The translations under genes and the position numbers were made by a program. A DNA stretch of 64,000 bases from Azolla caroliniana. Its lineage: Eukaryota; Plantae; Polypodiophyta. Under the pieces are notes generated by a model that saw only the letters and a program-made list of their open reading frames with translations, did no database searches and was not told where the DNA came from. Every line of letters begins with the position of its first letter. Positions within the stretch are counted from its first letter, which is position 1. Below are positions 25,245 through 37,121 of the stretch, in pieces. The stretch is from NCBI GenBank assembly GCA_043228905.1, contig JBHGNT010000012.1, positions 1-64,000 of the forward strand. Reading direction: 5' to 3'.

Positions 25245-26580
25245 TTAATGTTAATGTCAAGATCCGAGTAACTCCTTTGCAAGGAATTATGTTGCTCTCT
25301 CTCTCTCTCTCTAAAAGTAGTGATATATATTAAAATGGGACGATACTAAACTCCTCTCAAATAATACAATGTACTACAATGGTAAGGATACAATGGCAAG
25401 GTAAATCCTCTCATGTTTGATATTAATTTACATATAACTATAACTTCTTTTAAGTCAAGATGCTTCCAACATTGTATTATGAAAACTATCAATCAATTTT
25501 ATTGTGGTATCACGGAGACCATCTCTCCCAAATTAAATTTCCTTTTAGCCTACGTACAATTGTGATATCCACAGAGACCATCTTTGTCTCACACATTGCC
25601 TAAAACTGCATGGTTAGAAAGTTGCAAAAACATTAAAAGACATATGAGCCACATTTTTTTGTTTTGAAAAGATTTAAGATTTGAAGAAGTCCTTTGGAAG
25701 GTTGGGATGCATTATATTTGCCTTCAGATGCACCTTGCCAAAGATATGGAGGCTTACATTTCACATGTCACATGCACCAAACTACAACCATCTTCCCCGC
25801 ATTGGGAAATCAAACTCACCGATACATGTTAGAGCCCATCCTTTCATCCACCATTTGCATCATTGCTTCCATACAACTTACCTCACATTCTCTTCATTGT
25901 GAGACAAGAGGTTGGGGCACATGCACATCTCGTCAACTACACATTTTTGCTTTGGGCAAGGCTGGTTTCCACAATTTGTCCACCCAATCCAGTCCCTACA
26001 TTTATTTCCCTCAACTACACTGAGCACTCTTGCTTGCAAAGTTGAATACTAGAATCATTGAATATCAAGAATCACAATACAGAATGAAAATGTTGCACTT
26101 TCAGTCTCCATAGATCATATTTAACCTTCACGGACTAATACAATCTGTTACCCTACTCTGGTGTATCAGCAACAAATAACAGTGGTTCCAAGTGTTTGAA
26201 ACTTTTGGACATATTTATGATACCAAGACATCCATCCATCAAATGATTGAAGAATAACACAGTTCAACACTGAATCAAATATTGCATATTACATTGCTCG
26301 GGTAGAATAATTCTGCCTAAAATGATTGCATCCGCTTCTCTTCTTAAGATTATAAAACAAATATGTAAACGTCAATAAGCACCTTTCATTGATAAAACCA
26401 TTAGACGAATAGTAGCATCACAGTGTAAGACAGCAGGTTCTTCAAAAAACATTGCACAAAAGGCCATGGCCTGATGAACCTAAAAATCTGGACTCATTAT
26501 TAAACTGTTTCAAAGCTCGAGTCACCTTTGCAGAAAAAGATCAGACGTGTGATGTCCACGATTATTTCAATGAGAATCAG

Positions 26581-29500
26581 CTAGTGATGCACATGAACCT
26601 GAAAAAAAGTGGTAAAACTTGAAAACTATCGATTATGTTTTTCGTATTACCTTGCTGAAATTTAGACAAAATCTCTGGATTACACCCATTGTTTTATTTA
26701 TATCCTCAAATGGCTCTAAGTTTCCATTATATCCCCAAATTCCCGTGGTTACCCCTACTACCCTAAAACTAGAAAAACGGGTTCGAATTAGCATACAATT
26801 ACTCCATATAACATATAATAGATGGAGAGGGATTGACCAAAAAGGAACGAATAAAGCCTTTGGTGTTTTGAGGAATAACATATAATAGATGGAGAGGGAT
26901 TAACCAAAAAGGAAAGAATGAAGTCTTAAGGGGTTTTGAAGAAAGAAAGAAAAAATCAGCACCTCACCTAAACTTTATCCCCAAAAATGTGTTAAATAAT
27001 CTCATTGACAGTTTTACCTCTTCTTTTGCACGTGGCTTTTTCAAAGACGAGAAAGCTTTGGCAACACCATATCCAAGAAGACCCCATCCAGCAAGAGAGA
27101 GAAGTACAAACTGTAGTGAGCATAAAAACCATGTCATTGCTTTCATCGTGCTATATTTATAGCACAGACAATAAGAATTACATTGCATCTTATTCCTTTT
27201 GAACTTTAACAAATTGGACAAACTAACATTTTGAATTCAATTTTATCATCCTTATAGATCCATCAACTTTCACGAATTAGCTTAGCTTTTTCAAACCTAT
27301 ACTTACTGCATGCTCTCTATTCATCATCACAATAACCATGTTATTGCTTTCATCATGCTACACAAGAGGTACACACAACCAGAGCTACATTGCATCTTGC
27401 CCCTTCATAACTATATAGAGCATTGTACAAACTATTTTTATATTCAAATTTTTGAACTCAGTTTATCATCCTTCTAAGTCCATCAACTTTAATGAATTAG
27501 CTTAGCTTTATTAAAGCCAAACATATGAAAACCACATGTTCTCTATTTTTCATCATAAGCTACTGACTGGAAAATAATGCTTCTGCTCTGACATGAGATA
27601 ATATTTACTTAACATGCCAAAAAGCTCATTAATTCATGTTATTAATCAACAGATGAAGATGTAATGTCTCTTTTTGAGACTCATTTCTTTTTTGCTATTA
27701 TGTAATGGAACAGTGATGATTTGACTCTGTAATAAAGAAGTCTAATAGTAAGGAAGAGAAAAAACTGTTAAATAAAATATATGGAGCATGTAAAATATTA
27801 CACACAATATATATTATCTACATCTGCAGACACATGATGAAATAAACTTTCTAAGGTCAAGGATATGACGAAGAGATGAAATTCCCACTTACATGTTCTT
27901 CTTTCCATTTTGAAGGTGACATTGGATCTTGCCAAAAGTTGACTTTGGGTGGCCCATGGTGATCTAAGACCATCAAACCAATAAGATTAGAAATCTACAA
28001 TGGATCTAGAAATTACATAATTGTAAAAACGAGACAAAATTAAATATTGTATGACATCCCAAACACAATGAATGTTTACAAAATGCTTTGAAATTTGAAC
28101 TTCATGCAACAGTACTTGAAACAAGATATAATGAAACCATGAATACCAATGACATGTTATGATTTCCTTCACACTCAAGAGACCTTTATATGTTGGTGAG
28201 ATGCATTCTAGATATTTGAGTCCACGAAGCATACTCGAAACATATTTCCATCTATGGATATATCAATGTCATATCTTCCAGATGAACCACTTTGCAAGTG
28301 ATAAGATGGTTAACATTTTTCACGAGATGTGAGTTATGCGATAATAATAACAAAGTAGCATTCCACTACAAACAATACTAAACAAGAATATATTATGCAT
28401 TGCCTCAAAGGAAATGGGTTACATTTATTTAGAAAACTGTTTGCATAAGTACAAAATTTAGGGTGTAAGCTCGAAATGCTAAAAAGAAAAGCATGCTTAC
28501 AGTTAACCTATAGTGTACATCATGCAAGGGAGACTGCAAAAATTGTATATCATTTAACTACACCCTAAAGAAAAAAATCATGTCCACATTAATTGCAAAC
28601 TGCTTGGACTTTCATGGAGAGCTTCTGATTATCTTCATCAGAGGATCATCACAATTATAGAGTACATCGCACAAAGATATCGAAATCAAAACCATTAGAA
28701 ATTATACGTCAGCCATCGAAAGCCCTATATACTCCTACTTGCATGCAGTATGTCTGGTAGTTTTCATCAGAAAATAATCATGAATTCGGAATACATACGA
28801 CACAAACGGGGGAGGGAACGAAATCTGCAGAAATAATACCTGAACCATGCAAACCCTACGTATTTTTACTTCCATGGAGAGGTTCTAATCATCTGACCAT
28901 TAAAACTAACCGCAGCACAAAGCACAGAGGGAAATCTGAAGAGATCAACCCTTACACATCTCAAACAATAACTGATTTTATTTCCTATCTAGCTCCTTTA
29001 GTTCCAAAAAGATCTTCTGCCCGTCTTCATCAGAATATCATCATTGTATCACAGCATACGACGCAGTGGGAATGGAAAAGTAAGTAGAGATCTACATGAC
29101 CAGTCTAAACCCTAAAAGAAATATGATCAAATTTCATGCAGAGCTTATTATTACGTTCTTCATATTATCATGACAGGAATCAGAGGGTGAATTCCAACTG
29201 TTTCTACGTTCGTGCAGAGCTTCTGACTGTCGTCACCAGAGCATCCCCCACCCGAATCAATGTACGAAACGCGGAGAAAGTAGAAAAATGTGCGTCGACC
29301 TAAAACCCTAGAAAACTACATTTGTTTCGGCCATGCAAACCCTGAAAACAGGACTGTTCCTTCGTGCGATGCGGGAATTCTGTCCATCTTCATCAACAGA
29401 ACAAGCGCAGAAAGAAACAAAACCGACAAGGAGAATTACATGGAGCGATCTAAGTCCGAAGGCAACAGATTCTTCATCAAAACTTCCTGCACAGAACTAG

Positions 29501-29643
29501 AGAGAGAGAGAGAGAGAGAGAAAGAGAGGGAGAGGATTCATACCTGCAGAGAAGGAACGGACAGAGGGACGCGTAGGTACTGAGGTAGTCTGTGTGCGGG
29601 CGAGAGCAGAGACGCGGCGGCTGAAGGAAGAAGCCATCGCCAT
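26581..29643 (-). CDS. Small single-TM mitochondrial protein, plant cytochrome c oxidase COX-X3/COX7c-like (At1g72020-type family); exons 29643-29544, 27963-27893, 27110-27018, 26598-26581; 93 aa
   Basis: Arg/Ser-rich presequence (MAMASSFSRRVSALAR...RSFSA) followed by conserved HHGPPKVNFWQDPMSPSKWKEEHFVLLSLAGWGLL. Splicing is in frame. The gene model is solid; the COX assignment is from recalled family knowledge. Confidence 0.8.
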
Positions 29644-29746
29644 AGCTGTGAAGAAAGGAGAGACAATTTCTGTGTGTGTGTGTGTGCCCTTAGGTTCTCG
29701 GAAAAGCTTTTCAAGCAAATTATTAACTAAGTAATTCATTCATTCA

Positions 29747-30120
29747 TTTCTTTAATTACCCATTTCGTGCTTAATGACTTGATGATTAAGGTCTCGATTA
29801 ACCGCTAATTAATTAATCGAATTAATTTAGTGACCTATTTTCTTTAATTACCCATTTCGTGCTTAATGACTTGATGATTAAGGTCTCGATTAACCGCTAA
29901 TTAATTAATCGAATTAATTTAGTGACCTATTTTCTTTAATTACCCATTTCGTGCTTAATGACTTGATGATTAAGGTCTCGATTAACCGCTAATTAATTAA
30001 TCAAATTAATTTAGCGACCTATTTTCATTCATTTCTTTAATTACCCATTTCGTGCTTAATGACTTGATGATTAAGGTCTCGATTAACCGCTAATTAATCG
30101 AATTAATTTAGCGACCTATT
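29747..30120. repeat. Tandem repeat, 92 bp x4, directly upstream of the COX-like gene
   Basis: CTTTAATTACCCATTTCGTGC at 29750, 29842, 29934 and 30035. Confidence 0.95.
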
Positions 30121-30901
30121 AAAACTAGCAGTTAGTTAATAATACATACATACTTGCATTATTACCTATATTCCGAAGAGTAGTCTGTCCCCTTCTGAAC
30201 CCCGCGACCTTAATGAGCTACACCAAGGTGTGTTCGCATTTCTCAGGAATTCATTAGTACATACAATCTTTTGTGATGCCTGATGTGGAATATCAATGCT
30301 CCCTGTTACCCTATTGACAACCCCACATTGATCTCCATTCAAGCTAGCGGCGAAGAAAGTTCTAATAACAATCTGTGGGTGTTAGAGGATCTTAAAGTGA
30401 ATATGTCCAACAATTGTCATGCATGTCTTTTGTGTCTTTACACTCTACATGATGATTGAGGATCAACCAAGCTTGCAAATATACAGTGCATTAGATATGT
30501 TATACTGAAGATTTGGCTGATGTTAACATGTATACATGGGCTATCCTTGAGTGGCAGAACCATCCTTATTATTAGCCCTAACCATTGCTTGACTTACCAA
30601 TTAGGGCTAGCCCCTCCCTTGTAAACCTCACATGGTACGGTTGTGGGCAACACATGCGTGGAGATCTGGGGGGCAAAGGAGAATCGACAAGATCTCAAAC
30701 CACCCAAATTTCAATGCAGACATAACGTGCATACACTAATGTAATTAGTCTTTTCATATGCAATCGAGACGAGACAGTTAGCTTCAGAGCTACTAGTGAT
30801 GTTGCACGTTCTAGTCCTCCACATTTTGTTTGTTCTTTATTCTCTCAATAACCCCCTCCCCTCCCATGCTGTCCCTTCATCCCAAGGAGATGAGAAGAGA
30901 A

Positions 30902-30968
<67 letters not shown>

Positions 30969-31049
30969 TTATGTGCAGTTGAGCATGACTGTCACGAGTT
31001 AGTAGGGTTCACAATACATTTACATGGATGTTCATCATTCTATGCAAGA

Positions 31050-34000
31050 CATCTTAGTCATCATTATTTAGGTGTGGTACTAATTGTGCACGATACAAAT
31101 ATTATCCTCTAGTTATGCATAATGATCCCTATGGCCAATTTTTTGTTATAGAAATCACTTATTTTGGTGAAGTTGTATGGTTGGTGGGGATTTATGCCCC
31201 TAACCAAGTCACTTAATGTATTGCATTATGGGCCCCACTCCTTCAGACCCTATTTGTGGGCTGCCCAAGATTACTTATGGGTGATTTTAACATGTGTGTT
31301 GATGAATCTCAGTCCATGATGGATGATTCTAACCAAATTGCTTGGTTTTCAATTGACTATGGAGGTTCTTAAGCTAGATGTATGGACATGGTTACATGGG
31401 AATGATCCATGTTTTACCTTCCAATTTGTCCAACATAAACAAACATGGAGTCAGTTAGATAAAATGTATGTGATGCATGATGATTCCTTTTTACCAACAT
31501 AACTTTGTATGGTAGTTCTACGACATGTGGAAACTTCAGACACCTTCCTTGTTTGTTTGGAGGTTTGAAATCATGTAGTTGACATGTATAAATTCTTACT
31601 TGGAAAGTATTGCACATTAACTCTTGTATTTTGCTTCAACCTCACTTTGATTCTCTCACGGAGCAAATTTTAGTGAAATTTTCACAAGTGGATAATAAAG
31701 GAGTAAAAGCATGGGATACGACTTTACGAAACATTAAGTTTCATTCATTGTATGTATGGGGTAACTAATGCCCAACAACGATAGGGTCTTCTTCAACAAT
31801 TGTCACAAGTTCTCCTAGGTGTAATGCATTATTTATACATATACCATTAGATAACCTTTTAGATATTTAGATGCAATTGCACATCATTATTTCTCGGTTA
31901 CAATGTCGAAGTTATCATTATGCTAAGTTGCACCAACTCAAGGATGGGCGCATTGATAATCGATGTCAATCTCATTTGTTTTCCCAAGTGTTAAGTCCTA
32001 CGATCTACCTATGCTCGATCTAATGTGATACATGTGAAGCAAGGGGATGATTTTATAATGGATCTTGCTGTAATAATTGATTGACCCACTATTGTTTATG
32101 GCAAATGAGGTGAGTAGAGCACACCATGAAATTTATGATGTGGTTGGATGTATTGTGCAAGACCTTCTTATTAATGAATTGGGTGCAAATTTCACAGAGT
32201 ATCATTTGGACATGGTTTTAAGCCATCTTCCTAGTGGTTGGCATGACTTGACAAATGAAGTTTTGAAGCAATATTCCAACATTTTAAAGGGGTCCTTAAC
32301 TTTGATGTTTCAATGTTGTTGGTATTCTAGTTGTATACCTCGACCCTCGAAGGTTGGTCTCATTAAATTAATTCTGAAGGTGGTATCTCCCGAGTCATTT
32401 TACCAATGGAGACTTATTTCTTTGATTGAGGGGTTGTATAAGATATTTACAAGGTTTTGACAAATTGATTACAAAAGTATTTGTCGCAGTTGATACATCC
32501 CACCCAATATGGTTTGATTGCAATTAGGAATATATTGCTTAATGTGTTGAATGTTCAAACGGCCATGGATTGATATGCTCATCAAGAATTGATTATGGTA
32601 CAATTACATTTGGAGAGAGCTTATGATCATTTTTATCGGTCCTTTGTTTCCGTGTTAATGTTTACAATTGGCTTTGGAACATTTATATCTTGCCTCATAT
32701 TAAGATAGGATGTAGTGTATTGAGTAATGCTTAATGGGAGAATTACATAAGATATTACCCTCACGAGATCTATTTGTCAAGGATGCCCACTTAGTCCATT
32801 GTTGTTTGCTATTGTTACTCATCCATTGTTAGTAATGTTATCAAGGCTTGCAGTTTATGGTGACATTGTGGGTCTACACCTTCCATATGGGGGGCAACTA
32901 GTAGCACAAGCTTTGGCAAATGATTCTTTCATGTTTCTATAAACCTCGCGTGAAAATCTTGAGAAGGGGATGCTTGTATGGAACCAATTTGCATTGGCTT
33001 TTGGATTACATATTAATTAGAGGAAGTATAGTCTCATATCATGTACTAAAAGAGATTTGGAATGTCTAGGATGACAAAGATTTGTGGTTAATCAAGGCTC
33101 TATTTTTCAACCCTTGGGATATCTATTGGGAATGAATGTTACGAATGATCAATTGATTGAATGAATATCTAGTAAGTTAAGGGACATGTTCATGTATTGA
33201 AAGACACAATATTGGTCATTTCACATATGCTTAAAGGTTGTACAATGTATTATGGAACCCATGATATTATGTTACTTGCCATTGTTGCCATGGACAAAGA
33301 AGGATTTGAACTCTATTTTTCAACATCTTCAATAATTATTGTGGAGAAAGAGGGAAAAGATGGGAATCACATGTGTTGTGCGGAACAATCTAGCAACCCC
33401 TAAACACTTGGGGGGAATGCAATATATGGACTTATCTATGCATAAAGTGTTCTCGTTATTTGCATGGAAACCATAATCTAGTAGAGAGCATTGTAATTAT
33501 TGCAAAAAGAGTTACTTGTGTCTTCTTGATTATTATGTTGGGTTGGAAAGAAGATATTGTATCATTTGGGGGTGAAAGTAGCGAAAGATATAGTTGAGGC
33601 TAGATCTCAAAGAATTTTGGACTGTGTTGAAGCACGACGATTATTATGCATCCCACCCAATGATGGGTTTATTTGGCAACAACTACAAAATATTTACATT
33701 GATGTAAGGTCCTTTACCTCTACAAACATAAGAGCAACTAAGGGTTGATTGGTGTTTATGGGATCAAACACAGTCTTTACAAGTGACCACTAATCTCTCG
33801 TATCATTGCTCCTTTGAGTCTCTTCGATGACTATCATCTAAGGTTGAACAAGAATGGAAAGTATATACTGTAATGATGGATGGTGGCATATCTTAAAACG
33901 TATTTGGCATTCTAAATTGTCACTAGTAGCAAAGGTCTTCACTTGGAAAGTTATGATTGGGGGTGTGGTGTCCCAAGAGAGTCCCAACCGAATCGCGGTC

Positions 34001-34330
34001 CCGAAGTGAGTACTCAAGAAGCCCAAAACGAGTGGGGGCAAGGAGTCACGATTGATGTTGGCACCTGCAACCCCCATGTTTTAGGTTCGTTATAGGGGGT
34101 TTGCCTTTGGGATTAACTATAAAGCGATGTGGAATAGCAATCGGAAAATCTTTCTTTTGTAATATTCAAGTGGAAGATAATACTCATTGTTTCATTGATT
34201 GTTAGTTGTTTTAGATTTCTCAAATGAGACAAGTTTTGTCATGATATTATTTGATGCCAAAACAATGGGTGTTTGCACACTTAACACAAGGCGACCCAAA
34301 ATTAGAAATGGAGATCCTTTTCCTATTTCT
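31050..34330 (+). mobile_element. Decayed L1-type LINE ORF2 (endonuclease, RT, zf-RVT)
   Basis: GIYAP and GDFNM (endonuclease); [47 protein letters not shown] (RT); KVFTWKV. Many stops and frameshifts. Confidence 0.85.
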
Positions 34331-34640
34331 TAGGTATTGGGGATTACGTCATAATTGGGATATACGCAATGCTTTTGTATTTGAGGGTAGGCATGGAGTG
34401 GAAGCCTACATATGAAGGTTAAAGGGAGTACTAATGTGACAATTTTCTTTATTAGAGCAAGTAAAAAGTCTTTCCTTGATAGAGTGTTCGTCTTGCTTAT
34501 TGGCAACTCAATATGTTCCACTACTCATACTCCAAGGTGACACCCATTGTAAACTGTAGTATTTTTAACACACATTTATTAATATAATTGACATTGCCAG
34601 AGAGGGAATATTAGAAAGAGATCTAGTTCTTCTAGCTCAA

Positions 34641-34766
34641 AACATAGTAACATGGAATACGTTAATATCAGGATATGTTGAGCATGTAAATGGTGATGAT
34701 GAAGCTCTCAAGCTTTATGAGAGAATGGAATTTGTGGGTGTGCGAAATGTAATTATCTTTACCTAG
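34641..34766 (+). pseudogene. Isolated PPR P-motif remnant upstream of the PPR gene
   Basis: Translates as NIVTWNTLISGYVEHVNGDDEALKLYERMEFVGVRNVIIFT*. Confidence 0.7.
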
Positions 34767-34976
34767 AAAGATTGGACTATTTTTGTATATTGCCTCTGGC
34801 CACTTTAATTTTAATACCAATGGAGGATATTTTTTCAAAAACAAAATGTGTGTTTTCATCGTTAAAGAGGGAGAGAGGGTTATATAATGTAGATTCTGAA
34901 ATAAATGGGGTCATATTTGTAATATATAAAAACCAGAAAGAAAGAAGAAAGAAGAAGAGGAAGAGGAAGAGGAAGA

Positions 34977-37121
34977 ATGGCCCTCGCAGCAGACCTCGTT
35001 TCCTCACTGAAGCTCTGTGGAAAGCTCAATGACAGAGAAAGGGGCCATTTCCTCCACTCTCAGGTCGTGAAGACAGGCCTTTTAGACAGTAATCTCTTCA
35101 TCGGCAACGCCATAATCAGTTTCTATGCCAAATGTGGTTTCCTTCCTGCAGCACAGAATGTGTCTGATTTTCTTCCTCTTCGAGATGTTGTCTCTTGGAC
35201 TACTCTTATCTCAGGATATGCAGATCATGGGTATGGTGAGCAAGCTTTGAAATTATTAAAGGAAATGAAGGTAGATCGTGTCTTTCCTAATGTTGTCACT
35301 TTTGTATGCCTCTTGAAAGCATGTGGAAACATTGGAGATTTTCAGAAAGGTCAAGAAATCCACGGTGAAATGGAGAGGCTTGGGATTTTAGAGGAAAGGA
35401 CTAAGAACAGGTACGTTGGTAGTGCTTTGGTTGATATGTATAGTAGATGTGGATTCATTGAGAAGGCACGAAATATTTTTGATATGTATCCTGTGCAAGA
35501 TGTGGTAGCTTGGAATACATTGATCTCGCGATACATTGATTACGGTTTCAATAAAGAAGCTATTTTATGCTTCAAACAGATGCAACTTGAAGGCATCTCT
35601 CCCAATGATGCCACATTTGTTGGCATCCTAAAGTCATGCATCAACATAGATGCCATTGATTTGGGAAAAGAAATTTGTAGAGATATAGAAAAACTAGGGT
35701 TTCTGGATAGAAGTCCAAGTGTTGGAATTGGTAATGCCATGATTCATATGTATGCGAAATTTGGATTGGTTGATCTAGCACGAGAAATATTCAACAAGCT
35801 CCAAAATAGGGATTTCGTCTCATGGAACACATTAATTTCAGGATATGTTGAACAAGCATGTAGTAAAGAAGCATTCAAGTGTCTAAAAGAGATGCAAGCT
35901 AGTGGCTTATCACCAGACGCCGTTACATTTGTTGCCTTAGTGAAAGTTTGTGCCAGTGTGAGAGACATCGAAAAGGGAAAAGAGATTCATAGTGAGATCG
36001 AAAGACGTGGATTATCCTCACAAAACGTTACAATTGGCAATGCCCTAGTGGATATGTATGCAAGATGTGGCTATGTTGACATGGCAGAAAATATATTTCA
36101 TCGTGTTTCTGATCCTGATACATACACATGGAATGCATTAATCACTGGTTATTCTGAGCATGGATATGCTTCGCAAGCAATCAAATGTTTCGAAAGTATG
36201 CAACTCCATAATGTCCATCTTGATGTCGTAACATTCATTTGTGGCTTGAAAGCATGTAGCAGCATTCAAGCCATGTCAAAAGGCCGTGAAATGCACTCCG
36301 AGATAGAAAGATTAGGATACTTGGAAAGAGACCCTGAAGTTGTTAATGCATTGATTGATATGTATGTCAAATGTGGCTTGCTAGAAAAAGCACAAGAAGT
36401 GTTTGACAGATTATCTGACCGAAACATAGTGTCATGGACCTTATTAATCAAAGGGTTTATAGAACATGAGCTTGCTGAGGAAGCAATAGAATGTTTTGAA
36501 CAAATGCAACTTGATGGTATTGCTCCAGATGCAATGGCATTTCTGGCTGGATTGAAAGCGTGTGGTAGCATGGGAGCCATAAACAAAGGTGAAGAAATGC
36601 ACATAGAAATTGAACGAAGAGGGTTACTTGAACAAGACATTGTTTGTGGCAAAGCTTTGGTTGATATGTATGCCAAATGTAGCTGTCTGGATAAGGCACA
36701 AGAAGTATTTTCTAGATTACCAATTCGGGATGTTGTAGCATGGACCACACTGATGGCAGGTTATGCTCAGCTTGGAGAGAGTGTCAATGTTTTTTGTGTA
36801 TATAATAGGATGCTAGAAGAGGGTGTCAAACCTGATGAAGTTGTGTTTGCAATTACTCTTAGTGCATGTGGCCAGTTCGGCCATTTGCAAAAACATGAGA
36901 CATACTTTGAAGTGATGAGCAAAGGTATTATTTCCATTCACAAACTTTTTACATGTATTGTTCATTTTTTTTCTTCCATTGGGCAACTTGACAATGCATT
37001 CGAAATGATCAAGAAGATGCCATGCTGCCCTACTCCCAAAATGTGGAACAATTTGTTGGGTGCTAGCAGATATTCTGGGAATTTGGTGATAGGAAGGCAT
37101 GCTTTCGAGCATGCTACCTGA
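34977..37121 (+). CDS. PLS-class pentatricopeptide repeat protein, 714 aa, intronless; ends in an E1-like motif, no DYW
   Basis: Six P motifs (e.g. VVSWTTLISGY) alternate with L (VTFV.LLKAC) and S (GNALVDMYAKCG) motifs. The C-terminus is WNNLLGASRYSGNLVIGRHAFE. Confidence 0.95.
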   Translation: MALAADLVSSLKLCGKLNDRERGHFLHSQVVKTGLLDSNLFIGNAIISFYAKCGFLPAAQNVSDFLPLRDVVSWTTLISGYADHGYGEQALKLLKEMKVDRVFPNVVTFVCLLKACGNIGDFQKGQEIHGEMERLGILEERTKNRYVGSALVDMYSRCGFIEKARNIFDMYPVQDVVAWNTLISRYIDYGFNKEAILCFKQMQLEGISPNDATFVGILKSCINIDAIDLGKEICRDIEKLGFLDRSPSVGIGNAMIHMYAKFGLVDLAREIFNKLQNRDFVSWNTLISGYVEQACSKEAFKCLKEMQASGLSPDAVTFVALVKVCASVRDIEKGKEIHSEIERRGLSSQNVTIGNALVDMYARCGYVDMAENIFHRVSDPDTYTWNALITGYSEHGYASQAIKCFESMQLHNVHLDVVTFICGLKACSSIQAMSKGREMHSEIERLGYLERDPEVVNALIDMYVKCGLLEKAQEVFDRLSDRNIVSWTLLIKGFIEHELAEEAIECFEQMQLDGIAPDAMAFLAGLKACGSMGAINKGEEMHIEIERRGLLEQDIVCGKALVDMYAKCSCLDKAQEVFSRLPIRDVVAWTTLMAGYAQLGESVNVFCVYNRMLEEGVKPDEVVFAITLSACGQFGHLQKHETYFEVMSKGIISIHKLFTCIVHFFSSIGQLDNAFEMIKKMPCCPTPKMWNNLLGASRYSGNLVIGRHAFEHAT

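Noticed and set aside
25690-26045. Minus-strand Cys-rich frame (NKCRDWIGWTNCGNQPCPKQKC) as a defensin-like exon
   Set aside because: No start codon or signal peptide. Another frame reads WVDKLWKPALPKAKMCS*R...HIF, typical of a LINE zf-RVT relic.
24183-30120. Tandem arrays as CRISPR-like loci
   Set aside because: The units are contiguous with no unique spacers, there are no cas genes, and the context is eukaryotic.
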